DNA of 42,130 bases from an uncultured Verrucomicrobiota bacterium (GCA_964520205.1 CAZFOA010000003.1:1-42130); one strand, 5' to 3'; counted from the first letter of the stretch, positions 9,192 to 18,614 are shown. Notes: a model not told the origin generated them from the letters alone. Program-made: numbers and translations.

Positions 9192-9305
9192 CTCCTGGCG
9201 GAGCGCGGACGGTCTCCGTCCGCAGCGGGTGTGGCTGCCCCAACTGTGGAAATTTCACGCTTGCAAGCATTCCTACCCGCTGCGGTCCGGGACGTGCCGC
9301 GGTCC
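9192..9305. repeat. Copy A of a dispersed two-box intergenic repeat
   Basis: Box 1 is ...AGCGCGGACGGTCTCCGTCCGCAGCG (to 9227) and contains a perfect 8-bp hairpin GCGGACGG-TCT-CCGTCCGC at 9205-9223. Box 2 is GGTCCGGGACGTGCCGCGGTCC (9284-9305). Copy B matches at 24/26 nt in box 1 and 20/22 nt in box 2, with similar spacing. Confidence 0.75.
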
Positions 9306-9481
9306 TTTAGGGGCAGTGTGGAGGTGCCTTCGCGGAATGAAGCGATAGAAAAGGATTGCGAAGCCGGGCGGCATTTATTCTAATCTGGCTGCTCAATGGC
9401 AGTGTCTTGTAAAGAAAAATTGTGGCTGCGCACGGTGAGCGCGATGAAGGAGCGGCGGCGGCTGCCGGCGCGAAGCAAACT

Positions 9482-11044
9482 ATGACGCACGCTCCTCCGC
9501 TTCTTCGTTCGCTGATTCTTTACGCGATCTGTTTGCCGCTGGCATTGTTCTTGGGGTACTTGCTTGCCAACCCGTTGCAATGGTCCTCGTTCGTCCCGGT
9601 CCTGGCGATGATGTTCCTCCTGATCCTGCCGCTGTTGCTGCGTTTTCACCACCCGCTGATGGTCTTGGGGTGGAACGCAACGATGATTGTCTTCTTTTTG
9701 CCGGGCGCACCTGGCGTGTGGCTCCCGTTGGTGGCCATGAGTCTGTTCATCTCGGTGTTGCGCCGCACCGTGGATCAGCGATATCGGTTCATTACCGTTC
9801 CCGAAATTACCTGGCCTCTGGTGGTGCTGGCCCTGATCATCCTCGCCACCGCCGAAGCGACCGGTGGCATCAAACTGCGATCCATGGGCGGAGAAGTCTA
9901 TGGCGGCAAGAAATACATTTTCTTGCTCATGGGGATCGCGGGTTACTTTGCCCTGACCGCCCAACGGGTCCCCGTCAGCCGAGCCAAGCTGTATTTGTCG
10001 CTTTTCTTGCTGGGTGGTGCGACCACGCTGATCGGTGATGTATTGTACACGGGCAATCGCGCGCTGGCGTTTGTGTATTGGTTTTTTCCGCCAAACACGT
10101 TCATGCTTGGGGAAACTTTGAATTCCGTGGGCACCCGTTTTGCGGGCATTGCAGGCGTTTGCATCGTCTTATTTTCCTTTATGCTGGCGAAGTATGGGAT
10201 TCGCGAGATTTTTTCAAGCCGGCGCCCGTGGCGACTCATCATTTTCGCCTGTATCGCGTTTGGCAGTCTCTTGGGGGGATTTCGGTCCACGTTTATTTAC
10301 CTTGGCCTCTTGTTCTTTGTGCAATTCCTGTTGGAGAAGATGCACCGGACGAAATTGTTTCCCATCCTATTGGTTGGCTGCCTGCTCGCCGCCGTCGTCA
10401 CGCTTCCTTTTGCCAAAAAGCTTCCTTACGGCGCCCAGCGGGCGTTGAGCGTTCTGCCCATCAATATCGATCAAGCGGCGCGCTCGGATGCGGACGCTTC
10501 AGTGGATTGGCGGCTGGAAATCTGGAAAGCGGTGCTCCCGCAGGTGCCAAAATATTTGTGGCTGGGAAAGGGCGTGGCGCTAACCCAAGAGGATTATAGT
10601 TTCGTGGTAAGCAACTATACCGGCACCATGCAGGCATTTTCCGAAGACCAGAGCTGGGCGGCGCTGGCGGGAGATTACCATAGCGGGCCGCTCTCGGTCA
10701 TTATTCCATTTGGGATTTGGGGCGCCGCGGCTTTTCTGTGGTTCTTGACGGCAGGTTTCCGCATGCTTTACCGGAACTACCGGTATGGCGACCCGGAGCT
10801 GGCAACGGTCAACTCATTTCTTTTCGCAGCATTTTGCACAAAGGTTATCCTTTTCTTTGTGATCTACGGCGCATTTGCATACGATATGCAGGTATTTTGC
10901 GGGTATCTGGGCATGAGCGTATGCCTCAACGGCGGGGTCGCCCGCCCGGCCCCGAAGCCGGTGCCTGAAACCGCACCGCTCGGCGGCTTGTCAAAGTTTC
11001 CGGCCCGGCGTCGGCCCGCGTTCGGAAGATCGGGTCAGGCTTGA
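9482..11044 (+). CDS. O-antigen ligase/polymerase-like membrane protein (WaaL/Wzy_C family)
   Basis: Track ORF 9422 (GTG)..11044; the ATG at 9482 (MTHAPPLLRSLILYAICLPLAL) is the likelier start. About 10-12 TM helices. A periplasmic loop carries ...DWRLEIWKAVLPQVPKYLWLGKGVA..., typical of the O-antigen ligase domain. Confidence 0.8.
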   Translation: MTHAPPLLRSLILYAICLPLALFLGYLLANPLQWSSFVPVLAMMFLLILPLLLRFHHPLMVLGWNATMIVFFLPGAPGVWLPLVAMSLFISVLRRTVDQRYRFITVPEITWPLVVLALIILATAEATGGIKLRSMGGEVYGGKKYIFLLMGIAGYFALTAQRVPVSRAKLYLSLFLLGGATTLIGDVLYTGNRALAFVYWFFPPNTFMLGETLNSVGTRFAGIAGVCIVLFSFMLAKYGIREIFSSRRPWRLIIFACIAFGSLLGGFRSTFIYLGLLFFVQFLLEKMHRTKLFPILLVGCLLAAVVTLPFAKKLPYGAQRALSVLPINIDQAARSDADASVDWRLEIWKAVLPQVPKYLWLGKGVALTQEDYSFVVSNYTGTMQAFSEDQSWAALAGDYHSGPLSVIIPFGIWGAAAFLWFLTAGFRMLYRNYRYGDPELATVNSFLFAAFCTKVILFFVIYGAFAYDMQVFCGYLGMSVCLNGGVARPAPKPVPETAPLGGLSKFPARRRPAFGRSGQA

Positions 11045-11167
11045 ATCCTGGAGATCAGGGTTACATTGTCTGCATGCAAACCATTGAGCTTGCGAAAGGA
11101 TTTGGCGTTGCGGCGGGAAAGGATTGGACGTCTGCCGCCCGTGCGAACCGGTTAGCCTGGAGGTTCG

Positions 11168-12187
11168 ATGCCTGAGCCCGTCGTCCCGCCGGATGGAAGG
11201 TCGCCCGCCGCGAAGCCGAAGCTTTTGGTGGTGGAACTCTGGGGTTTGGGAGACCTGGCCATTGCGACGCCGTTTTTGCAAGCCGCCAGCCGGAAGTACG
11301 CGGTCACGCTTCTGGCGAAACCTCATGCGAGGGACTTACTGGCGCGGTTCTGGCCGGAGGCAAGCGTTGTGCCTTTCACGGCGCCTTGGACTGCCTTCAA
11401 ACGCAAATACCGTCTCTGGTCGTGGCCCTGGCGCGAAATCATGGCTTTGCGCCGCCGCTTGGCCGCGGAACATTTTGACTTCGGCGTGTCAGGGCGTTGG
11501 GATCCGCGTGATCATTTGCTGCTGAAATTTGCCGGTGTAAAAAACCGGATTGGCTTTCCCCGGGTGGGCAGCGGGATTTTTTTGACGGAGTCGCTGGTCC
11601 GGCCGGACGCGCAAGCGCATATTTATGAAAGCTGGCGATTGGCCGGCAACGCGCTGGGGATTGAACTGCCGCCTCGAAACCAGGCGGTTCGGCAGTTGTC
11701 GCGCGCCGGCAAACGGATTTTGGTGCATAGCGGCGCCCGGTTGCCGGCGCGGGTCTGGCCATTGGACCATTACCGCAGCTTGGTCCGGCACTTGCGCGAA
11801 AGTCATTACGCCGTGCAAGTGGCCTGCGACCCGGACCAGCAAGCCTGGTGGCAGGAGTCGGGCGAAGCCGCCGCCTGTCCGCGCACGGTGGCCGAACTGC
11901 TTTCGCTGGTTGACCAGGCATCCGTTTTCATAGGCAATTGTTCCGGCTCCGGCCATCTGGCCGCCATCAGCGGCGCGCCCACCTTCACTCTCTTCGGCCC
12001 GTCGCTGCCCCAATGGTTCGCCCCCATCCATCCGGCGGCGGAATGGATCGAAGGAATGCCTTGTCCGTATCGGCCGTGTGCGGATTACTGCCGGTTTTCG
12101 GTGCCGCATTGTTTGCACGATTTGAGCGAGGAAACCGTCTTGCCGCGAGTCCGCGATTTTTTGGCGCGGCACGCCGATTCGATTTAA
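11168..12187 (+). CDS. Glycosyltransferase family 9 (heptosyltransferase-like)
   Basis: 339-aa ORF. GT9 N-terminal pattern KLLVVELWGLGDLAIATPFLQAA, and C-terminal ...FIGNCSGSGHLAAISGAPTFTLFGPS... Confidence 0.85.
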   Translation: MPEPVVPPDGRSPAAKPKLLVVELWGLGDLAIATPFLQAASRKYAVTLLAKPHARDLLARFWPEASVVPFTAPWTAFKRKYRLWSWPWREIMALRRRLAAEHFDFGVSGRWDPRDHLLLKFAGVKNRIGFPRVGSGIFLTESLVRPDAQAHIYESWRLAGNALGIELPPRNQAVRQLSRAGKRILVHSGARLPARVWPLDHYRSLVRHLRESHYAVQVACDPDQQAWWQESGEAAACPRTVAELLSLVDQASVFIGNCSGSGHLAAISGAPTFTLFGPSLPQWFAPIHPAAEWIEGMPCPYRPCADYCRFSVPHCLHDLSEETVLPRVRDFLARHADSI

Positions 12188-12313
12188 GCGGCTCCGGTTC
12201 CGGCGGAGGGCAACGGGACGGGCAGGGCAATAAACACCAATTTCATGGAGCAACAACTCCGGCACCGGGATGGGTCAGCGATGAAAGCCGGGCTGCGCGC
12301 TCCTCGTGCCGGG

Positions 12314-13150
12314 TCACAGGCGGTTCCACCAGACAGCGGTGGGTTTTGAGACCTCAAACCGCACGCGATGCTCCGGGCTTGCCAACGTGTAAATCGAATA
12401 GCTCGTCGGCTTCAAGGAGAAATGGCCGCCCCCGATCCGGCGGAGCCGATGATGCATGATCCACATCGGTTTCAACAGCCGCGCCCACAGCGGGGCCATC
12501 CCCTGGGTTTCCGCCTTTTCACGAATCGCGTTGGGTTTCAAGTTCATGTTCTCGCCCGTGTCCGCAAAAGTGGAGGTGAAATGATCGAACACCGCCATCG
12601 GCACCCGCTGTTTCATCAGCGCCAGCACCCAATGGAAGTCGCCGAGGTCGCGCCATCGCGTGTCGAAGAAAATGCCCCGCTCGTGGATCACCCGCCGCCG
12701 GATAAACAGCGAACTGGTGAGCGCCGAGAATCGGTGCCACATGTGGAAGGGGTGTGGCACCAGGGAATGCCGGTGGCAGAGGTATTGGCCATTGCCATCC
12801 ACGACAATCGTCCCGGCCAGCGCCACTTCAATGTCGGGATGCTGCTCGAAGAACTCGCGCACGGCGCGGAGCGCGCCGGGCAAATATTGTTCGTCGCAGT
12901 TGAGATACGCCAGGATGTCGCCCTGCGCTCGGCGGTAGCCGCGGTTGACGGCGTCGTACATCCCGCCATCCTTCTCCACGAAAGCCTTGACCCGTTTGTC
13001 CTGGGGCAGCCAATCCAGCGTGCCATCGTCGGAACCGGCGTCCTGGACGATGTGCTCGAGTTGCACGCCCTCCTGATCGGCGACCGAAGCGATACACAGC
13101 TTGAGCCAGCGCGAGTTGCGGAAGCTCGGGGTTACAATGGAAAAGTTCAC
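12314..13150 (-). CDS. Glycosyltransferase family 2
   Basis: 278-aa ORF with a GTG start (CAC at 13148-13150). Starts MNFSIVTPSFRNSRWLKLCIASV, with DAGSDDGT and a D-x-D-like YLNCDEQY. Confidence 0.85.
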   Translation of the reverse strand: MNFSIVTPSFRNSRWLKLCIASVADQEGVQLEHIVQDAGSDDGTLDWLPQDKRVKAFVEKDGGMYDAVNRGYRRAQGDILAYLNCDEQYLPGALRAVREFFEQHPDIEVALAGTIVVDGNGQYLCHRHSLVPHPFHMWHRFSALTSSLFIRRRVIHERGIFFDTRWRDLGDFHWVLALMKQRVPMAVFDHFTSTFADTGENMNLKPNAIREKAETQGMAPLWARLLKPMWIMHHRLRRIGGGHFSLKPTSYSIYTLASPEHRVRFEVSKPTAVWWNRL

Positions 13151-13246
13151 CAGCAGATTCTTACCATCCCACCGGGCGGTCCGTAAATGCAGAACCTTCG
13201 CGGCCGCCGGGGAGTTGATCCGCCAACCTCGATGGAGTTTTCCCGG

Positions 13247-14392
13247 TCAATCGATTTTCCGGCGGATTTTGATTCTGATTGCCCCGGGAATATCGTGTTG
13301 GCCGACGAGGACCAGGTAGCCGCCCCCGCCGGCGCCGGAGAGTTTCCAACCCAGCGATTGGGAGGCGTACTGGCGGATGGCGGACTTGACATCCCGGGTG
13401 GCCATGCGCGGGAACATGGCGACCTGGGCATCAAACGAGGCGCGGACCTGGCGGCCCAATTCCGCGGCATTCCTTTGCCGGATGGCATTCCAACATTGGT
13501 CCGCCGCGGAGGCGAGCGCTTGAGCCTTGGCCGCGGTGACTCGCCGGTCCTTGAGCACCTGGAAACCGCCTTTGCGCGGCCCAAGCGGGATCAGATAGAG
13601 ATGCGCTTCCAGCCAATCCAGGATTGGGTCTTTGTCGATCGTCGTGATTTTTGCCGGCCAATACTGTCCGCGATAATCCAGCCGGTTCAAGCCCGGGAGC
13701 ACGATTCCGAGCGCGTCCTGAGAGCCGGAGAATTCCGTGGTGCCCGGCGGGTTTTCATAGGAGAAGAGAATTCTGGCCAGTTTCTCCCGGTCACCACCCG
13801 GAATGTCCGTCTGCCAAAGTTCAATGGCGCGGCGGCGGGAACTGGAAGCCATGCCGCTGCGTTCGTTGAACTCGATGGTGGGTTCCACCGAAACCACCAG
13901 CACCGGTCCGGCGCAATGCCTGGACACGAACGGTTGATCCAGCCAGCCGCCGGCGAGATCCAGGCGGTAAGGGATGCGGCACTCCCGGCGCAGGCTGGTG
14001 GTGGATCGGGCCGGCAGGTTGGGTCGCGGCCGGCGCCTGAGGACGACATATTGAATCCCCAGGCGCCGGCAAAGCCGCATTTTGGCGGGACTGTTTCCAT
14101 CTTCATTGACCACAAAGCAGTCCGGGGAAACACGATTTAATACCTCCATGAAATCCAGGATGCCCGAGCCGGTATTTACAAAACAGGCTTTCACATGCCG
14201 AACGGCTTCGAGCAGATATTTCCGCTCCGCCTGGTGGTTTACAGGGTAACGGCCCTTCAATTGCCGCACCGTCTGGTCCGAGCCGATCCCGACGTAAACA
14301 TCCCCGTAAGCCGCCGCCTCCTCCAGGAAGCGGATGTGGCCGCTGTGCAACAAATCGAAGCAACCGCTGACAAAGACTTTCTTCTGGCTCAT
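13247..14392 (-). CDS. Fused cytidylyltransferase-like nucleotidyltransferase (N-terminal) and GHMP sugar kinase (C-terminal)
   Basis: 381-aa ORF. The N-terminal ~130 aa carry KKVFVSGCFDLLHSGH (HxGH signature of the TagD/HldE domain II superfamily). The C-terminal ~240 aa carry RLDLAGGWLDQP, ERSGMASSS, SGSQDALG and KLSGAGGGGYLVL, which are features of the fucokinase/HddA-type GHMP branch. Confidence 0.8.
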   Translation of the reverse strand: MSQKKVFVSGCFDLLHSGHIRFLEEAAAYGDVYVGIGSDQTVRQLKGRYPVNHQAERKYLLEAVRHVKACFVNTGSGILDFMEVLNRVSPDCFVVNEDGNSPAKMRLCRRLGIQYVVLRRRPRPNLPARSTTSLRRECRIPYRLDLAGGWLDQPFVSRHCAGPVLVVSVEPTIEFNERSGMASSSRRRAIELWQTDIPGGDREKLARILFSYENPPGTTEFSGSQDALGIVLPGLNRLDYRGQYWPAKITTIDKDPILDWLEAHLYLIPLGPRKGGFQVLKDRRVTAAKAQALASAADQCWNAIRQRNAAELGRQVRASFDAQVAMFPRMATRDVKSAIRQYASQSLGWKLSGAGGGGYLVLVGQHDIPGAIRIKIRRKID

Positions 14393-14578
14393 AAAACCGG
14401 GCTTGAGCCGATCTTCATCTGCGGTTCAAGTGAATAGAGATGGCTTAGCCGCAAGCTGGAGGCGAAGATGCTAAGAATCATTTGTGAAGGCAACGCGATT
14501 CAGCGGTCTCGGAAATGAAATGGCCCTTGCCACCGCAACTTCTCCCCGCCAGACTTTATCCCGGTTTGCGGCAAATTC

Positions 14579-16219
14579 ATGAAGATCGCGCTGGCCCAGA
14601 TCAACACCACCGTCGGCGACCTCGCCGGCAATGAACGGAAGATCCACGACGCTTATCGGCGTGCGGTCGCATTGGGGGCCGAACTGGTGGTCTATCCCGA
14701 GCTCGCCACTACCGGTTACCCGCCTCGCGACCTGCTGCTGCGGCCGCGATTCATCGAGGAAAACCTCGCGGTTCGGGACCGGCTGGCGGCGGCGTGCGGG
14801 AAGACCGGCATGATCGTGGGCTACGTTGGGCGCAACGAGAAGCGGCCCGGGCGCGAAGTCACCAACTCCGTGGCGTTGCTGCACGAGGGGCGGATGACTG
14901 CCACGCGCGCCAAGACGCTGCTGCCCACTTACGATGTGTTCGATGAGGACCGGTATTTCGAGCCGGCGCCGGAAAATGCCCCGTTCGATTTCAACAATAC
15001 CACGATGGGCATGACGATCTGCGAGGATGTCTGGAATGACGAGGATTATTGGGACGAGCGCCGATATCGCCGCAACCCGGCGGCTGAACTGGCGCGCGCG
15101 GGGGCGGAGATATTGTTCAACAGCTCGGCCTCCCCCTGGCATCTCGGCAAGAACGGCGCCCGCCGCAGCATGCTTTCGCAGCTCGCCATCAAGACGCGCC
15201 GCCCGGTGATCTACTGCAATCTGGTGGGCGGGAACGACGAGTTGATTTTCGACGGCGGCAGCATGGTGTTCGACCCGCAGGGCCGGCTGGTGGCCGAAGG
15301 CAGGCGTTTCGAAGAGGATTTGCTGGTGGTTGATCTCAGCACGGCGGCGGCGGCGATCGATCTCCCCGAGCCGCCGGACGAGGAACTGGTATTCCGCGCG
15401 CTGACCCTGGGCCTGCGCGATTACCTGGAAAAATGCGGGTTCAAATCAGCGGTGCTGGGTCTGAGCGGCGGCGTGGACTCGGCGGTCACCGCGTGCCTGG
15501 CGGTGGCGGCGCTCGGCGCCGGGCGGGTTCAGGGGATTTCGCTCCCTTCGCAATTCTCTTCGCCGGGCAGTCTCGATGACGCCCGCGCGCTGGCGCGGAA
15601 TCTCGGGATTCAATACGACGTTATTCCGATCCAGCCGCCCTTCCTCGGGGTGAAGGAGCAGTTGAAGGGCATTTTCGCCGGAAGACCGGAAGATACCGCC
15701 GAGGAAAATATTCAAGCCCGGCTGCGCGGGGTGATTCTCATGGCGTTGTCCAACAAGTTCGGATCGCTGTTGCTGACCACCGGCAACAAGAGCGAGGTGG
15801 CGGTGGGATATTGCACCCTTTACGGCGACATGTGCGGCGGCCTGGCCGTCATCGCCGACGTTCCCAAGACCCTGGTTTATCGCGTCGCCCGGTGGATCAA
15901 CCGGGAACGGGAGGTCATTCCCGAGGCCTCCCTCACCAAACCGCCTTCGGCCGAACTGCGGCCCAACCAGACCGACCAGGATTCGCTGCCGCCTTATGAC
16001 GTGCTTGACCGGATTCTTGAGGACTATGTGGTGCGGCTCAAGACGCCCACCGAAATCATCGCCGCCGGGATTCCGGAGGCCGCTGTGCGCCGCGTGGTCC
16101 GCCTGATCGACCTCAGCGAATACAAGCGCCGCCAGGCTGCGCCCGGTCTGAAGGTGACCACCAAGGCGTTCGGGATGGGCCGGAGGATTCCGATCGCGCA
16201 GCGATACCGGGAACTGTAA
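14579..16219 (+). CDS. nadE: Glutamine-dependent NAD+ synthetase
   Basis: 546-aa ORF. N-terminal CN-hydrolase domain (MKIALAQINTTVGDLAGNERKI ... ICEDVWN). C-terminal PP-loop synthetase domain (VLGLSGGVDSAV). Confidence 0.95.
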   Translation: MKIALAQINTTVGDLAGNERKIHDAYRRAVALGAELVVYPELATTGYPPRDLLLRPRFIEENLAVRDRLAAACGKTGMIVGYVGRNEKRPGREVTNSVALLHEGRMTATRAKTLLPTYDVFDEDRYFEPAPENAPFDFNNTTMGMTICEDVWNDEDYWDERRYRRNPAAELARAGAEILFNSSASPWHLGKNGARRSMLSQLAIKTRRPVIYCNLVGGNDELIFDGGSMVFDPQGRLVAEGRRFEEDLLVVDLSTAAAAIDLPEPPDEELVFRALTLGLRDYLEKCGFKSAVLGLSGGVDSAVTACLAVAALGAGRVQGISLPSQFSSPGSLDDARALARNLGIQYDVIPIQPPFLGVKEQLKGIFAGRPEDTAEENIQARLRGVILMALSNKFGSLLLTTGNKSEVAVGYCTLYGDMCGGLAVIADVPKTLVYRVARWINREREVIPEASLTKPPSAELRPNQTDQDSLPPYDVLDRILEDYVVRLKTPTEIIAAGIPEAAVRRVVRLIDLSEYKRRQAAPGLKVTTKAFGMGRRIPIAQRYREL

Positions 16220-16564
16220 TCCGCCGCCGCCGCGCGCCGGCACGGAACCGGCATTGCGATCCATCAACCCGGATGGCGTCTGAAAAAACGTGCGTTCGGC
16301 ATCACCGCTTAATATGCTTTCCCGCCAAATGAAAGTCGTCATTGCCGGGTCGGGCGGATGGATCGGGTTGGAAGCGGTCGCAGGCTGCGATCGTGGCGGA
16401 CGCTTCGCGGACCAGGGCGGGCCGGCCGCGGGACGGGGATCATCCTGGTTGGCGCGGCGATCCGACGCCGTTCAAAAGGCATTGTCCGGGCGGAAAAATC
16501 AATTGCACAGCGGATCCGCTTCCGGAGCGCCGGCGCCGGTCCGTGCGGCAGCCGGCGGTGGCCT

Positions 16565-17362
16565 ATGAGCGATTCTTCATTCGGCGTGCTGGGCACATCC
16601 CTGCAGGTGAGCACCTATGCCGGGTTGACGGCTGACTTGCAGAAGCGCGCCCGCGGGCCGCAGCCATTTGTCGTTGATTTCACGAACACGCACATCGTCA
16701 CGATGCGGCGCCGCGATCCGGAGTTTCGCGAGCTGACGGCCCGGTTCGATTATTTTATTCCCGACGGGATGCCGTTGATCTGGTGTTTGAATTTGCAGGG
16801 GGCCGGGTTGCGGGACCGGGTTTACGGACCGATCCTGATGCGGGAGTGCATTTTGTCCAGCCCGGCGCCGTTCACCCATTATTTCCTGGGAGGGTCCGAG
16901 GAATGCGTCAGCCGGCTCAAAAGTTTTTTTTTGGAGCGCAACCCGAAGATCCAGATCGTGGGAGCGCGCAACGGCTATTTCAAGCCGGACCAGGAACCGG
17001 CGATCGTTGAGGAGATCAACCGGCTGTCGCCGGATTTCATCTGGGTCGGGCTGGGCACGCCCAAACAACAGGCCTGGATTCACCGCAATCGCAGCCAGAT
17101 CCGCCGGGGGGTTCTGCTCGCGGTCGGCTTTGCGTTTGATGTGAACTCGGGAATGAAGCGGGACGCGCCGGCCTGGATGCAGCGGCTGGGGTTGACCTGG
17201 GTTTTCCGGCTGGGGTCGGAGCCGCTCCGCCTGGGTCCGCGCTATCTGCTCCATAATTTCTGGTTTCTTTTTTATCTGGTCTGCGACGGGTTGCGCGGGA
17301 GGGCATGGAGCCGGCAGGCGAGGCCGCCTGACCGGGGCGAAGCCCCCGCCGGGCCGTGTTGA
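16565..17362 (+). CDS. WecB/TagA/CpsF-family glycosyltransferase (GT26)
   Basis: Track ORF 16358..17362, trimmed to the ATG at 16565 (MSDSSFGVLGTSLQV). Family pattern ...FTNTHIVTMRRRDPEF ... FIPDGMPLIW ... VYGPILM ... IWVGLGTPKQQAW. The upstream 69 codons are Arg/Gly-rich and not protein-like. Confidence 0.85.
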   Translation: MSDSSFGVLGTSLQVSTYAGLTADLQKRARGPQPFVVDFTNTHIVTMRRRDPEFRELTARFDYFIPDGMPLIWCLNLQGAGLRDRVYGPILMRECILSSPAPFTHYFLGGSEECVSRLKSFFLERNPKIQIVGARNGYFKPDQEPAIVEEINRLSPDFIWVGLGTPKQQAWIHRNRSQIRRGVLLAVGFAFDVNSGMKRDAPAWMQRLGLTWVFRLGSEPLRLGPRYLLHNFWFLFYLVCDGLRGRAWSRQARPPDRGEAPAGPC

Positions 17363-17501
17363 GGAGACCTCGACGGCCTGGAATTCCATGCGCGCCGGTG
17401 CGCCGTCCGTATTCCTGCTGTTTGCTGTCGGAATAATTACGATCTTGAACAAGGCCTTCAGGCTGTTACACTCCCGCGCTCGCTTTGAACAGTGTTGAAC
17501 T

Positions 17502-18479
17502 ATGAACTCAGGAAAGATTCTGGTAGGTGGCGCGGGCGGTTTCATCGGCGGTCATCTCGTCGCGGAACTGCGCAGGCAGGGCCGGCGTGACATTCGCGCC
17601 GTGGACATCAAGCCGTTCAATGAATGGTACCAGAAGTTTCCGGACGTGGAAAATCTCCAGCTCGATCTGCAGGACAAGGCGGCGTGCGAGCAATCCGTGC
17701 GCGGCGCGCAGCAGGTGTACAATCTGGCGGCGGACATGGGCGGGATGGGATTCATCGAAAACAACCGCTGCCTTTGCATGCTGTCCGTCCTCATCAACAC
17801 CCACCTGCTGATGGCCGCGAAAAAATTCGGCGTGCAGCGCTACTTTTATGCGTCCTCGGCCTGTGTTTACAACGCAGACAAACAGCGCGACGTCCATGTG
17901 ACCGCGTTGAAGGAAGAAGACGCGTATCCGGGCATGCCCGAAGACGGTTATGGCTGGGAAAAACTGTTCAGCGAAAGAATGTGCCGCCATTTCCGCGAGG
18001 ACTTCGGCATCACCACCCGGGTCGCCCGGTTCCACAACGTTTACGGGCCGCACGGCACGTACGACGGGGGGCGCGAAAAGGCGCCGGCGGCGATTTCCCG
18101 CAAAGTGATCGAGGCCAAATTGTCCGGCAAGCACCAGATCGAAATCTGGGGTGACGGCCACCAGACGCGCAGCTTCATGTATATCGACGATTGTTTGAAG
18201 GGCATCCAGGCGATCCTGGAGAGCGATATTCTGGAGCCGATCAATTTGGGGAGCAGCGAACTGGTGTCCATCAACCAACTGGTGGACCTGGTCGAGGACA
18301 TTGCGGGAATCAAGCTCGAGCGCACCTACAACCTGAAGGCCCCCAAAGGCGTCAATGGCCGGAACAGTGACAATACGCTCATTCGAAAATATCTGGGCTG
18401 GGAGCCGGACACCCGTTTGCGGGCCGGCATGGAAAAGACCTATCGCTGGATTTACGACCAGATGACGGCGGGAAAGTAG
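17502..18479 (+). CDS. NAD-dependent sugar-nucleotide epimerase, GDP-mannose 3,5-epimerase-like (extended SDR)
   Basis: 325-aa ORF. Rossmann motif GGAGGFIGGHL, then NLAADMGGMGFI and YASSACVY, which are characteristic of the GDP-mannose 3,5-epimerase branch, plus YGWEK (YxxxK). Confidence 0.8.
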   Translation: MNSGKILVGGAGGFIGGHLVAELRRQGRRDIRAVDIKPFNEWYQKFPDVENLQLDLQDKAACEQSVRGAQQVYNLAADMGGMGFIENNRCLCMLSVLINTHLLMAAKKFGVQRYFYASSACVYNADKQRDVHVTALKEEDAYPGMPEDGYGWEKLFSERMCRHFREDFGITTRVARFHNVYGPHGTYDGGREKAPAAISRKVIEAKLSGKHQIEIWGDGHQTRSFMYIDDCLKGIQAILESDILEPINLGSSELVSINQLVDLVEDIAGIKLERTYNLKAPKGVNGRNSDNTLIRKYLGWEPDTRLRAGMEKTYRWIYDQMTAGK

Positions 18480-18614
18480 CGCTTTGAACCGGAACCTTTC
18501 TGATGGCGGCTTTGTTGCATTCAAGCCGGGTGACCACCGGGGGGGGCGCGGTGCCGGGTATTTTTGAGCAAAAACCACCAATTCGGTATCTAATATGCTC
18601 GAATTCGCGCGCAC

